A DNA stretch of 64,000 nt from an uncultured Pseudomonadota bacterium (GTDB lineage Bacteria > Chloroflexota > UBA5177 > JAJPKF01): contig CAWIIC010000014.1 in the NCBI GenBank assembly GCA_963836045.1, positions 2,524 to 66,523 of the forward strand. Direction: 5' to 3'. Shown here in pieces: positions 28,810 through 38,261 of the stretch; the first letter of the stretch is position 1; each line of letters starts with the position of its first letter. The position numbers were made by a program, and so were the translations under genes. The notes beneath the pieces are model-generated. The model worked only from the letters and a program-made list of their open reading frames with translations. It had not been told where the DNA came from and ran no database searches.

Positions 28810-29568
28810 ATGAATGCAAAGTACCCGCATAAAGGCTCCGGCGGCGGGGGCCATCATGCCTCCGGCCACTCGCACGGCAGTGGCTCGCGCTCGAACGTCG
28901 CGGTCATGGAGCGGGTCCTCGACGCCAACGATGCGCTTGCGCAAGCCAATCGCGACGCGTTCGATCACGCCAGAGTGTTCGCCGTTAACCTCATGAGCTC
29001 CCCGGGAGCTGGAAAGACGACGCTCTTGGAGCGAACCCTGGAGCGCCTGGGTGCCAGGATCCGCATCGGCGTCATGGAGGGAGATGTCCGGACGACCTTG
29101 GATGCCGACAGGCTGCAGCGCTTTCACGTTCCTACCGTCCAGGTAAACACCGATCCGGGGTTCGCCGGCGAATGTCATCTCGACGCCAACATGGTTCGAC
29201 ATGGCTTGAGCGGTTTCCCACTCCACGATGTGCAAGTCCTGATCATTGAGAACGTCGGCAACCTGGTCTGCCCTGCCGAGTTCAAGGTAGGTGAAGACGC
29301 CCGCGTTATGGTCTTTTCCGTCACGGAGGGCGAGGACAAGCCGGTGAAGTATCCCCTGATGTTTCGTTCTGTCGAGATGGTCGTGATCAACAAGGTCGAC
29401 CTTCTTCCGTACCTCGACTTCGACATGGATCTCTTCCTGGCGAACCTCGAAGCGGTCAATCCCGGGGTCTCCAAGATTCTTCTGAGTACGAAAACCGGTG
29501 AGGGAGTCGAGGGATGGACCGAGTGGCTGAGCTCTAGGGTTGCCGGCCAACAGCCTGCGGCGGTTTGA
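28810..29568 (+). CDS. hypB: Hydrogenase nickel-incorporation GTPase with His/Gly-rich N-terminus
   Basis: SSPGAGKT, CHLDA, ENVGNLVCPA, EGEDKP and NKVD. Confidence 0.96.
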   Translation: MNAKYPHKGSGGGGHHASGHSHGSGSRSNVAVMERVLDANDALAQANRDAFDHARVFAVNLMSSPGAGKTTLLERTLERLGARIRIGVMEGDVRTTLDADRLQRFHVPTVQVNTDPGFAGECHLDANMVRHGLSGFPLHDVQVLIIENVGNLVCPAEFKVGEDARVMVFSVTEGEDKPVKYPLMFRSVEMVVINKVDLLPYLDFDMDLFLANLEAVNPGVSKILLSTKTGEGVEGWTEWLSSRVAGQQPAAV

Positions 29569-29784
29569 CCGCACGGATCTGACCGCGGGCTGAGAAAGCG
29601 AATTGCTCCCCTCGGCCCTCCCGTCCGATGGGCTGGTACGTCATCGTCGGTCGGTCCTATGGGCAGCCGGTTGCTCGACGAAGAGGACCGTTTGAGGGTT
29701 TCGGTGTCCGCTTTTTGACGTCCATAGCGTAGTAGTAGGGTGAGCGCTTCGTCCGCCCCGCCGTTCTCTTAGCGCCGCAGCTCT

Positions 29785-29819
29785 AACTGACAACTGACAA
29801 CTGACAACTGACGACTGCC
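29785..29819. repeat. Heptamer tandem repeat (AACTGAC)x4 plus one degenerate copy
   Basis: AACTGAC at 29785, 29792, 29799 and 29806, then GACTGCC. It sits just upstream of the GGAGG RBS of the ECF gene. Confidence 0.9.
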
Positions 29820-29832
29820 CCTTGGAGGCTAT

Positions 29833-30414
29833 TTGGATCGGGAGACCACCGCCTTCGACTTCACGGCCATCGACCACGCCGACGATGACCAGACCCTGAT
29901 CGAGGAGTCGAGCCAGGGCAGCAAGGATGCCTTTGGCCTTCTGTACTACCGTTATCGCGATCGCGTCTTCCGCTACTTCACCATCCGGACGGCCGGCCGC
30001 GAAGACGCCGATGACATGACGCAGCAGGTCTTCGTTCGTGCCTACGGTTCCCTTGGCCAGTACCGACCACAAAAGGGGTCGTTCGCCTCGTGGCTATTCA
30101 GCATCGCGCGAAATCTGGCCATCGACTACTACCGGCGTCAACAGCGGTCTCCCCACATGACCACCATCCCGGACGGCACGGCCTCGACTGACGATGTGGA
30201 GTCTCAGGCAATCCGTGGAGCTGACGTGTCCCGTCTGATGGCTTTTATATCAGAGCTGCCGGCGGACAAGCAAGAGCTGCTGGCCCTTCGATTCGCTGCC
30301 GACCTCACCATTGTCGATATCGCGAGAGTGACGGGAAAGAAACCCGACGCTACCCGCAAGCAGCTCACTCGAACGGTTCAGCTTTTGGAGGAACGATTCG
30401 ATGAAACAGCCTGA
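29833..30414 (+). CDS. ECF RNA polymerase sigma factor
   Basis: AFGLLY..DADDMTQQVF..SFASWLFSIARNLAIDYYRR (sigma2) and LP..QELLALRF..IA (sigma4). Confidence 0.93.
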   Translation: MDRETTAFDFTAIDHADDDQTLIEESSQGSKDAFGLLYYRYRDRVFRYFTIRTAGREDADDMTQQVFVRAYGSLGQYRPQKGSFASWLFSIARNLAIDYYRRQQRSPHMTTIPDGTASTDDVESQAIRGADVSRLMAFISELPADKQELLALRFAADLTIVDIARVTGKKPDATRKQLTRTVQLLEERFDETA

Positions 30415-31306
30415 CGCCAACTATCCGGATGTGCTGTCTCCCGACAGCACCGAGTCTCGTCGTCGGGTTGTGGAGGGTCTGATTCTGATCTATGGGAGCG
30501 CCCGCGCCTCCTCCTCGCTCGATGCTGGTGTATTCGATTCCATCAACGGCATGGAGGCTTCCCGAAAGCCCCGGCAGCACCGGCGTCATCAGAAGTTGCT
30601 TAAAGGAGCATTCCTTTCGGCGGCCATATCGGCCGTGGTCATCCTCCTTATCGTTATGATTGGATCCCATGGAGCCAGACATTTGCCCCCAAATACCTCC
30701 GGCCACGTGGCGGCGGCCGCTCACGAAACTCTCAATCGTGCGGCCGGGGCCCTGCCCCGAGACGGACGGGTTGCCCGGCTGACCTACGCCCAGTCATTTG
30801 GTTTACCCGGGCGAAGCTCACATCCGATTCGCCAGCGGGTGTACATCTGGGAGGCGGCCGTGCCGGGCGGCTACGCCGTTGCCGGAAGCCAGACCCCCGG
30901 AGCCGCCGCTAACGTCGCCGAAATTCGGTTGAAGGGGCGGCTACACAGGCTGACGCACCCGGCCCCAATCCTCGGAGTTCTCGATGGGCCCGGAGACGCG
31001 CGTATGCTGCGGGCGGCACTGCTCCGATCGCCGGCCAGCGTGACGGCTGGTAGACCGGAGGAGGTAGGGGGTCGCCGGGTCATCGTCTTCCGGCTGGGGC
31101 TGCCCGTTTTCGGGAAACACCGGCCAGGGGCAAAGGACTCCGTCTGGTTTGCCTACGAAGTGAGATCGTCGGTGCTCGCGGCGGCCGGCGGTAACGGCTG
31201 GAGTGCGCGACTGGTTGGTCGTGCGGATCTTCCGTTTTTCTCGGCGCCACGTCTGATACGGCAGTTGCTGAGGCCCGATATCTCCGGCATGGCGCCGGCC
31301 TACTAA
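30401..31306 (+). CDS. Putative membrane-anchored anti-sigma factor
   Basis: Overlaps the ECF stop. Short cytoplasmic N-terminus, a single TM and an Arg-rich external domain. Confidence 0.65.
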   Translation: MKQPDANYPDVLSPDSTESRRRVVEGLILIYGSARASSSLDAGVFDSINGMEASRKPRQHRRHQKLLKGAFLSAAISAVVILLIVMIGSHGARHLPPNTSGHVAAAAHETLNRAAGALPRDGRVARLTYAQSFGLPGRSSHPIRQRVYIWEAAVPGGYAVAGSQTPGAAANVAEIRLKGRLHRLTHPAPILGVLDGPGDARMLRAALLRSPASVTAGRPEEVGGRRVIVFRLGLPVFGKHRPGAKDSVWFAYEVRSSVLAAAGGNGWSARLVGRADLPFFSAPRLIRQLLRPDISGMAPAY

Positions 31307-31341
31307 TCGACGTCTACTATCACATCACGAGAGGAGACTAC

Positions 31342-31908
31342 ATGAAGTTCACGGTGCTGAATCGGTTCACCCTGTTTCCGGCGGCCGCAGGTATGGCCAT
31401 GGCCGTTCTTTCTGGTTGTGGCGCGTCCGCGTCACCAGCGCCGGCCCACCATGTAGCCCGGTCCCGTCCTGTAACAGCGCGCGGCCCGGCTCACCGGGCG
31501 AATTCGTGCGCCGGCACCGTGACATTCTCCCGGCCCGACTCGACCGGCTCGCTCGTCTTCCACCGTCTTGCTTCCGCCCCATGCGCCAAGGCCATGGCGA
31601 TACTTCCGACAGGCGTACCCATCGGATGGCTCGCGCGTCTGAATGCAAGAGCCAACCGGATGGAGCGGATCAAGCTAACCATCACACGTATCTCCGGTCC
31701 CGGCCGCCATCCACAAGTCGTGTACGTGTCACGTGCATTGGCGACCAGGGAACGTACTGCCTTCGGCTCGCTCAGCAGACGGCAGCTGAACACGCTGCAC
31801 ATCACTCCTGCCGTTTACTCGGCTATCTATACCGGGCGCGGTACTGAGCTGGCTCACTCGACCTTTCAGATGGGAGACCCGGCCCCCGGTATGGCCCACG
31901 GGTATTGA
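31342..31908 (+). CDS. Basic lipoprotein of unknown function
   Basis: GAGGAG RBS and lipobox VLSGC. Confidence 0.7.
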   Translation: MKFTVLNRFTLFPAAAGMAMAVLSGCGASASPAPAHHVARSRPVTARGPAHRANSCAGTVTFSRPDSTGSLVFHRLASAPCAKAMAILPTGVPIGWLARLNARANRMERIKLTITRISGPGRHPQVVYVSRALATRERTAFGSLSRRQLNTLHITPAVYSAIYTGRGTELAHSTFQMGDPAPGMAHGY

Positions 31909-32098
31909 CATCGTCGACGGTAAGTTTGGAGGATTCGCGGATCTCCGTAACGAGACGTGGCCTGGGAAGAAGGCCCTTCAGTATGAGAAATGTCGAAGAC
32001 CGAGCCAAGGCCAAAACTGCTGACTAGCCGAAAGGTCGAGGACGAAATCGTCAGGCCGACACCGTTGAAGGTCGCGGAAGACGGGCCGAGTTCAGCGA

Positions 32099-32115
32099 TG
32101 GCACTTAGAGTGCCA
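32099..32115. promoter_or_regulatory. Palindrome upstream of the TA operon (candidate antitoxin operator)
   Basis: TGGCACT-TAG-AGTGCCA, 18 bp before the start codon. Confidence 0.5.
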
Positions 32116-32133
32116 AAATAGATTAGGTGTTCT

Positions 32134-32802
32134 ATGTCTGTTAATCCATCACAATCACCACTTATGTTTTTCGGCGTCGATCAAGCGGAACGCCTGACCG
32201 GCCTGTCGCAGCATCAACTTCGTTACTTCGACATCTCAGGATTCTTCCCGCCTGGCTTCATGGCAGATGATCCAGGACGGGCATACAGTCGTGTTTACTC
32301 GTTCCGAGATGTTGTTGGCCTTCGAGCGGTAGCGCAGATGCGTAATGCTGGAGTGTCGCTCCAGGAGTTGCGTAAATTTGGGGAATGGCTCCACGATAAC
32401 TATCAAGACCCATGGGCAACGCTTCCATTCTTTGTGGTCGGCAAGCACGTACAGTTTGAAGACCCTGCTACAAAAAACGTGATATTCAGCAAACCACCGG
32501 GACAGATTGTGATGCGCTTCAACATGGGAGACATCGCCCACGATGTAGACCACGTAATAGAGATGCTGCGGAAACGAGCCCCTGAGCAAATCGGACATGT
32601 TACGCAATCTCGGCATGTGATGCACAATTCTCCGGTGCTCGCTGGAACGAGGATTCCGACTGCCGCCATATGGGATTTCAACCAGGCCGGGTATTCGGTT
32701 GAGGCAATCATCGAACAGTATCCCTCCCTCACGTGTAAAGATGTCGAGGCAGCGATCAAGTATGAGCAAGATGCTCGTGCAAATCGAAAACGTGCGAGCT
32801 AG
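32134..32802 (+). CDS. MerR-type HTH plus DUF433 antitoxin (VapB45/Rv2018-like)
   Basis: AERLTGLSQHQLRYF, YSFRDVV..GVSLQ, and the DUF433 motif PVLAGTRIPT..GYSVEAIIEQYPSL..DVEAAI. Confidence 0.88.
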   Translation: MSVNPSQSPLMFFGVDQAERLTGLSQHQLRYFDISGFFPPGFMADDPGRAYSRVYSFRDVVGLRAVAQMRNAGVSLQELRKFGEWLHDNYQDPWATLPFFVVGKHVQFEDPATKNVIFSKPPGQIVMRFNMGDIAHDVDHVIEMLRKRAPEQIGHVTQSRHVMHNSPVLAGTRIPTAAIWDFNQAGYSVEAIIEQYPSLTCKDVEAAIKYEQDARANRKRAS

Positions 32803-32823
32803 GATTCTCTTTTCGTCCACCCG

Positions 32824-33216
32824 GTGCTTCCGCCGTTCCTCCTAGACGAGGGGGTGCCCCGGCAAATCGTTGAGATGCTTCAACGACACGGGTATACCGT
32901 GCTCATCTTGCAGGACTTCACTTTAGCCGGGTCTGCGGACCCTGTTGTGGCTATTGCGGGCGATAATTTAGGTGCCATTTTGCTCGTGTGTGATAGTCAT
33001 TTCCGAGGCGTTTCAGAAATCGCTCAGTCGTCCATCAGCAACAAACGGCTTAAGAAACTTCACAGAATTTGGATGCGAGGAAACCAAGCACGAATGTGTG
33101 CTCGGCTCGAAGACCTGCTGCCTACGATTGAAACCGAATTCTCCGTTTATCAGACCCGCTCCGTCAAACGGATGTTCTTGACGATCGGAGATAGTTGGTG
33201 GCGTTCTAATCGATGA
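32824..33216 (+). CDS. PIN-like toxin (DUF5615/VapC45-like)
   Basis: FLLDEGVP, GSADP and ILLVCDSHF. It directly follows the DUF433 gene. Confidence 0.82.
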   Translation: MLPPFLLDEGVPRQIVEMLQRHGYTVLILQDFTLAGSADPVVAIAGDNLGAILLVCDSHFRGVSEIAQSSISNKRLKKLHRIWMRGNQARMCARLEDLLPTIETEFSVYQTRSVKRMFLTIGDSWWRSNR

Positions 33217-33244
33217 ATTCGTATGCTCGGGACGTACACTAACC

Positions 33245-33406
33245 ATGACAGCCAAAGAGCTACGCCAGACCAAAGACAAACCGAAGCGGCGCAAGCTAGC
33301 GGGAAAAATCAGCCTTCATCCCCTTACCGTCGAGGAAGTGACGAAGGCGCTGCTGGAAATGCCTCCACCAAAAGAGAAGTCTAAGAGAAACGATCTCCAG
33401 GGCTGA
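33245..33406 (+). CDS. 53-aa basic ORF convergent with the IS1595 transposase
   Basis: MTAKELRQTKDKPKRRKLAGKISLHPLTVEEVTKALLEMPPPKEKSKRNDLQG. It is shorter than any ORF in the track and overlaps the transposase 3' end. Confidence 0.5.
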   Translation: MTAKELRQTKDKPKRRKLAGKISLHPLTVEEVTKALLEMPPPKEKSKRNDLQG

Positions 33407-33800
33407 CCACATTGTCGTACATCAGGCGCTTACCAGCAGCCTTGCGAACCGCCATCACGGTCCTCTCACCGTCGCTCATATCGCGCGTGTTGTAGCGAAA
33501 GTCGAACTCTGCCAGGTAGCGCGGCAGATGCCGGCTGGGCACCTGATGGTGTGTCCCGTCGATGGACCGCTTAAGCTGCGAGAAATAGTCCTCCGCCGTG
33601 TTCACATGAGCGCGTCCACGCACGTACTCTTTCCGGCTGTGATTGACGGAGTGGTGTCCACCTTCTAAAGTCCGCCCGACCTTGCGGTAGGCTACCAGCT
33701 CGTCCGTCGTGAGCGTCGCGCTTAGGATGGACGTTCTCGGAAGGTGATCGTACAGACTATCGCGGGTGACGTGCTCCATCGCCTGAGAACGAGCGATCCG
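33381..33800 (-). pseudogene. IS1595-family (ISXO2-like) transposase, C-terminal fragment
   Basis: TTDE, HHSVNHSRKEYVRG, HVNTAEDYFSQLKRSIDGTHH and HLPRYLAEFDFRYN. The Zn finger, HTH and first catalytic Asp are absent. Confidence 0.9.
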
Positions 33801-34378
33801 CCATGCTCAACGAGCTTACAACAGCTGTTGGTTTGAACCAATCCATCGAGCCGCTTCTGCTCCGCCCCGATGTTCCTGAGGTTGGCCTTCCCTGCGGCAG
33901 TGAGCTAATCGAGGAGCAGAACGTCGCCCACGATACCCAATTGCGAGAAGTTGCTGGCCATCATGATTGGATACCACACACTCAATGCATCCATCCCGCT
34001 CGATACCGTGAGCAGAGCCCGGTTCACTGCTTCCGCGAGTTGGTTGGTATCACCCGCGTAGCCTGAGAGCCGCCCCGGCGGCCATCAAGGAACCCAGGTA
34101 TGCATGAGCGTGTGGCTCTCAATCGGCAAAACGAGGTGTCCAGCCCAGTGGGTCATACTCACAATCATGTGTTGGCATTCACGGCAGTAGAACATGCTAT
34201 GTCGAATTGTGTGCCCGCTGTGGCCTCGAAGCAATCGAGGCGTTCAGCCTTAGAAGTCAGTCACGAAATATGGTGTCTGCATGTGTCAGTGGGGTCGCTA
34301 CCCATCGACATTACGCGTCCACCGAGGCACTTCGTTGACTACAATTTGCTAGCACCATCCTCTCGGAGGACTACCATC

Positions 34379-34756
34379 GTGGGCAAAATTGCGGTAGTCG
34401 ACGATGATTCGGACTTTGTCGATCTCCTCGCCATAGTGCTCGGCGACGCCGGACACATCGTAGTCACCTGCACTGACAGCGATAACTGTTACCCGTTCCT
34501 GCGTCAGGAACTACCCGACCTTGTCATCATCGACATGCAGACTGACAAGCCCTGGAACGGCATTCAGGTGCTGACCGCCCTTCGAATGGGTGTCGATACC
34601 CGTCATATTCCGGTGATCATTTGCACCGGACTAACGCCACAGGACCTCGAGGACTACGAAGACCGCTTGCAGCTGTTCCACGCTCAGGTTCTCTACAAGC
34701 CGTTTGGCATCGACAAGCTTAACCGGCTGGTCGGGGAGTCACTCGTTCGGGCTTGA
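34379..34756 (+). CDS. Single-domain response regulator (receiver)
   Basis: VVDDD, PDLVIID, IPVIICT and KPF. GTG start with a GGAGG RBS. Confidence 0.9.
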   Translation: MGKIAVVDDDSDFVDLLAIVLGDAGHIVVTCTDSDNCYPFLRQELPDLVIIDMQTDKPWNGIQVLTALRMGVDTRHIPVIICTGLTPQDLEDYEDRLQLFHAQVLYKPFGIDKLNRLVGESLVRA

Positions 34757-34834
34757 TCCGTTTGCACCAGTTCTACCCCGGTCTCAGGATCTGATCTCCG
34801 TGGGCCGCTTTTTTCGCTTGCCCGTGTCCTGCCT

Positions 34835-35671
34835 TCAGTACCCACTCAGTTGATGCGCCCTGCGGCCGCCACCACTCTCCGCCCGGCGCTTGATGCCTTT
34901 GAGCATACGTCTCTCCATCACGAAGTGAGGGAGCTCGAGGAGCAGGAGATCGAACAGAGAAGACCGCAGTCCAGCCGTCCGGGTCCGCACGATAACGCGT
35001 GATGCACGAGGTCCCTTCGGCTCAACGACGAAAGCTCCCCACCCATTGAGCACGATTGCGTAGCCAGGTTCGAATCGCGCAACGGTACAACCGGTGGCGG
35101 GGTGAAGCTTGACGACTTCTCCCATCTGCCGGTCCTGCCACTCGGGATGCAGCCGGTCGGCGTTCGTGATGCGACATCCGGCGAGATTCTCCAGCCATTC
35201 GTAGCTATAGAACCCGCCGCGATCCTGACCGATCTGAGCGACCCACGGCCACACGTCTTCGACCGGCGCCTTAACCGTGATCGCGCGAGTCGATTCCTTC
35301 CACGGGTTCAGGACCAGCTCGTCTCCCGGAAGTCCCTTTCGTTTCTCGACGTCCGTGGCCCCCCATCTCTGCATCCATGGACGGAAGAAGAGTGCGTATG
35401 CCGCCAGCACAGTGTCGCCGAGAATCGTGAGAATGCGCAGGTCTCTCTCTCGGGTGTTGCGAGGAGCGTGGATGAGGCGGCCGCGGGCTGTTTCGATGGC
35501 GGCGCCGGCAAGGAAGAGATCGAAGACGAGCGATGGGCCAACCGTGACGCCGAAAGCTCTGATCGCGGTCAAAGCCTTCAGCGCTACCGCGATGCCTCGA
35601 GTTCGCTCTGCCAGCTGAGCCGCGGTAACGACTCCGCTACTCTCGCGGTTGTCCAAGTCCTGAACGATCAT
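34835..35671 (-). CDS. SRPBCC-family protein
   Basis: WGATDVE..LPGDELV, TRAITV..VWPWVAQIGQDRGGFYSYEWLEN and HFVMERRML. Confidence 0.85.
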   Translation of the reverse strand: MIVQDLDNRESSGVVTAAQLAERTRGIAVALKALTAIRAFGVTVGPSLVFDLFLAGAAIETARGRLIHAPRNTRERDLRILTILGDTVLAAYALFFRPWMQRWGATDVEKRKGLPGDELVLNPWKESTRAITVKAPVEDVWPWVAQIGQDRGGFYSYEWLENLAGCRITNADRLHPEWQDRQMGEVVKLHPATGCTVARFEPGYAIVLNGWGAFVVEPKGPRASRVIVRTRTAGLRSSLFDLLLLELPHFVMERRMLKGIKRRAESGGGRRAHQLSGY

Positions 35672-36056
35672 GAACACTCTCCTTTGGCCGTACACCCGAA
35701 TCTAGTGCCCAGGTGCCGATCTCGCCATCGGGTCCCCGCCTGATATTTGGCCGGCTTCAGGTTGGCCCCACTGGTTTCTCAGCCCACGGAAGCCCAGAAA
35801 TCAGGTCAGGAACCGAGCGACAATCACACCCGAGTCTGTCACGATGACAGCGTGTAGGGACCTCGGTCCCATCCTCCTTGTCGGCGGTCTGAGCGATAAT
35901 CGCAATTCCAGTCAGGACCCCCGCGCGACCGGGGCCCGGTCTCCGCTCAGACCGCCCTTCCTATTCCGGAAGCAGCTCAGTCATCTAGAATCGGTCAGAC
36001 CGGCCCACCCGCCAGTACTGAGTGCCCGCTCAGCCAACCCGAGGATAGTGCTTGCC

Positions 36057-36275
36057 GTGGATGACGGCGAAAGAATAGACCTTGAGGGCTGGAGAGAATA
36101 CGATCCGAGCCTCTCCAGCCGTCCCTGCCCCGCATGCGGAGAGCTGAAGCTGCGGCGCAGACGGCTCCCCGCGTGGGTCCGCGTGCTTCGATTGCTCCCC
36201 GGTCTTCATCCCCGGGCATACCAATGTGACGCCTGCGGAAAGCGCCACGTTTTCTGGAGACATCGGACGCTCTGA
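36057..36275 (+). CDS. Small zinc-ribbon protein
   Basis: CPACG...RAYQCDACG. The start codon is uncertain. Confidence 0.6.
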   Translation: MDDGERIDLEGWREYDPSLSSRPCPACGELKLRRRRLPAWVRVLRLLPGLHPRAYQCDACGKRHVFWRHRTL

Positions 36276-36450
36276 TCCCGCCTGGCTTCTCTACCAGCAA
36301 TACCTTGACGCTCCTTTCGACTAGAGTGCACCGAGCGCCATGCTCCGGGTTGCTACCGCTCTTAGCGTCCGACTTTCGCTATCGTCTGATGAGGAATAGC
36401 CGGGATGGCAGTCGGGATCGGGCCATCTGCATTTGATTTGATGCTCGCGA

Positions 36451-37095
36451 TCACCGCGTGGCGGCATCTTTCAGCGCGCCTTCGAGCCAATCCACGAGGC
36501 ACTGTGCCTCGGTCAATCGCCGTTTGACCTGTAAAACTGCAGCCCCAGTCTCCAGCCACTCCGGTCTTCCAGCATCGAAGGAAGCCACGAGGTTGCGGAA
36601 ACGCATGAGGTGGCCGCGCTGATGGTCCGGCGGAAAGGGGGCCGGCACTCTTACGTACTGATCGCCGGTGACTGTCCACCCGGTGCGCTTTAGCTCGGTC
36701 AGGATATCTTCGAGCTCATGACCGGCTAGGTCGCTCGCTACCTCTCGCCGGAAGGCCTCCATCTGTCCGGGACGCGCCTTCCACCATCCTCCTTTGACGA
36801 CCAATCCATCAAAGGTAAGCTCCAGCACGTAGCCCACCTCGCGGGCGACCTCTATGACGGCCACCTGGCGCTTCCAGAAGATCGACGGTCGGTGCAGGTT
36901 ATATACCTTCGCCGGTCCAAAATCCGCCGCGAGCTCAGCGCAAAGTGCCACCATTGGCCCTCGCACATGGAGCTCTTGATCGGCCCGGCGTGCTTCAAGC
37001 TGAGCCGCCGAAGGGTCCGCCTCGGCATCGAGCAGGAGCCCAAATGCCTCCGGGGAAAAACCGGCAAATAAAGACGTCTCTTCCGGAGACGTCAT
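36451..37095 (-). CDS. DUF2461-family protein
   Basis: FAGFSPEAF, VRGPM..L..DFG, RVPAPFPPDH and MRFRNL. ATGA overlap with the upstream protease gene. Confidence 0.7.
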   Translation of the reverse strand: MTSPEETSLFAGFSPEAFGLLLDAEADPSAAQLEARRADQELHVRGPMVALCAELAADFGPAKVYNLHRPSIFWKRQVAVIEVAREVGYVLELTFDGLVVKGGWWKARPGQMEAFRREVASDLAGHELEDILTELKRTGWTVTGDQYVRVPAPFPPDHQRGHLMRFRNLVASFDAGRPEWLETGAAVLQVKRRLTEAQCLVDWLEGALKDAATR

Positions 37096-38261
37096 GACTT
37101 TTGGGATGCGCCTGCACCAGGCTGAGTGGCATCTACGTTGAGGTCTGCCAGCTGTCGTCGCCGCTGTAGATATTGCATGACGTGATCGCGATTGAGGAGT
37201 CCGACCAGGCGTGCATCTGTCAGAACCGGTAGCTGATGATACCGATTGTCCGCCAGCAGTCCAATCGCATGTTGCAAATCGTCGGTCGGGGCCACGCTGC
37301 GCAGTCTCTCCACTGGAGTCATGATTCGGTCGACCGGGGTCCCTGACCATTCGTCCTGATTCAAATGGCGGAGGTCGGACAGGGTGACGAGGCCCTGGAG
37401 ATTGCCCGCCGCGTCCTCGACGGGGACCGCTCGCTGGTTGCCGTCAAGAAGATGGTCGAATACCAAGGCCTGCACCGGCGTCGACGGTGATATACCCGGT
37501 GGGGCCTTGTCCATCACGTCTTTCACGTCGACTTCTCGTAGAACGTGATCCATGACCGCCTGTTGCGAAGAGGCTGTGGCCGAGCTGTTGAGATACCAGC
37601 CGATGAACGCCAGCCAGAGGCCGCTGCCGATTTGCCGGAATACCAGGGCCTCGACCAACCCGGCGGCGATGAAGATGTAGGCGAATATTCGGCTGATCAC
37701 GGTGGCCACGCGCGTCGCGCGTCGCAGGCTGTGGGTGATCGCCCACACGATCGAGCGGAAGATCCGTCCGCCGTCGAGCGGAAAGGCCGGGATGAGGTTG
37801 AATATGGCGAGGATCAGGTTGATCGAAGCCAGGTAACCCAGCACGGCGCTGACTTGCGAACTTCCTTGACCCGTGGCTGCGTGCAGCAGAAAGAACACCA
37901 CGGACAGTAGCAGGCTCGTCAGCGGACCGGCGGCGGTTACGAGAAACTCGACCCGTGGTGACTCCGGCTCCCTCGTCAGATTCGAGACGCCACCGAAGAT
38001 GAAGAGAGTAATCGTATTGACGGGCAGACCAAGTGAGCGTGCCGTGAACGAGTGTCCGAGCTCGTGAAGGAGCACGCTGACGAACAGCAGTAGCGTCGAA
38101 ATCGCTCCGATGAGATACGCGGCAAGATGTCCCCACCCCGAGAACGTGGTGTCGTAGTACGATCCAAGGGACCAGGTAAAGAACGCGAACGCCACCAGCC
38201 ACGTCAGGTCGACGTAGACCTCTATACCACCTATGGTGGCGATTTTGAACCTGCTGGTCAT
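37092..38261 (-). CDS. Site-2 protease (M50) with tandem CBS domains
   Basis: HELGH, AGPLTS, FNLIPAFPLDGGR and C-terminal CBS motifs. Confidence 0.95.
   Translation of the reverse strand: MTSRFKIATIGGIEVYVDLTWLVAFAFFTWSLGSYYDTTFSGWGHLAAYLIGAISTLLLFVSVLLHELGHSFTARSLGLPVNTITLFIFGGVSNLTREPESPRVEFLVTAAGPLTSLLLSVVFFLLHAATGQGSSQVSAVLGYLASINLILAIFNLIPAFPLDGGRIFRSIVWAITHSLRRATRVATVISRIFAYIFIAAGLVEALVFRQIGSGLWLAFIGWYLNSSATASSQQAVMDHVLREVDVKDVMDKAPPGISPSTPVQALVFDHLLDGNQRAVPVEDAAGNLQGLVTLSDLRHLNQDEWSGTPVDRIMTPVERLRSVAPTDDLQHAIGLLADNRYHQLPVLTDARLVGLLNRDHVMQYLQRRRQLADLNVDATQPGAGASQKS

Noticed and set aside
28249-29574. 441-aa antisense ORF over hypD/hypB and similar long antisense ORFs
   Set aside because: These are expected artefacts of high-GC codon bias opposite real genes.
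32099-32115. CIRCE heat-shock element
   Set aside because: The arms resemble CIRCE, but the required 9-bp spacer is absent.
33803-34378. ORF 33803-34066 and the long N-terminal extension of the response regulator
   Set aside because: No recognisable motifs, and the receiver domain has its own RBS at 34379.
35836-35850. Palindrome CTGTCA-CGA-TGACAG
   Set aside because: It is short, single-copy and has no linked regulator, so it could be chance.
36384-36400. Hammerhead ribozyme core (CTGATGAG)
   Set aside because: No matching GAAA and three-stem arrangement was found.
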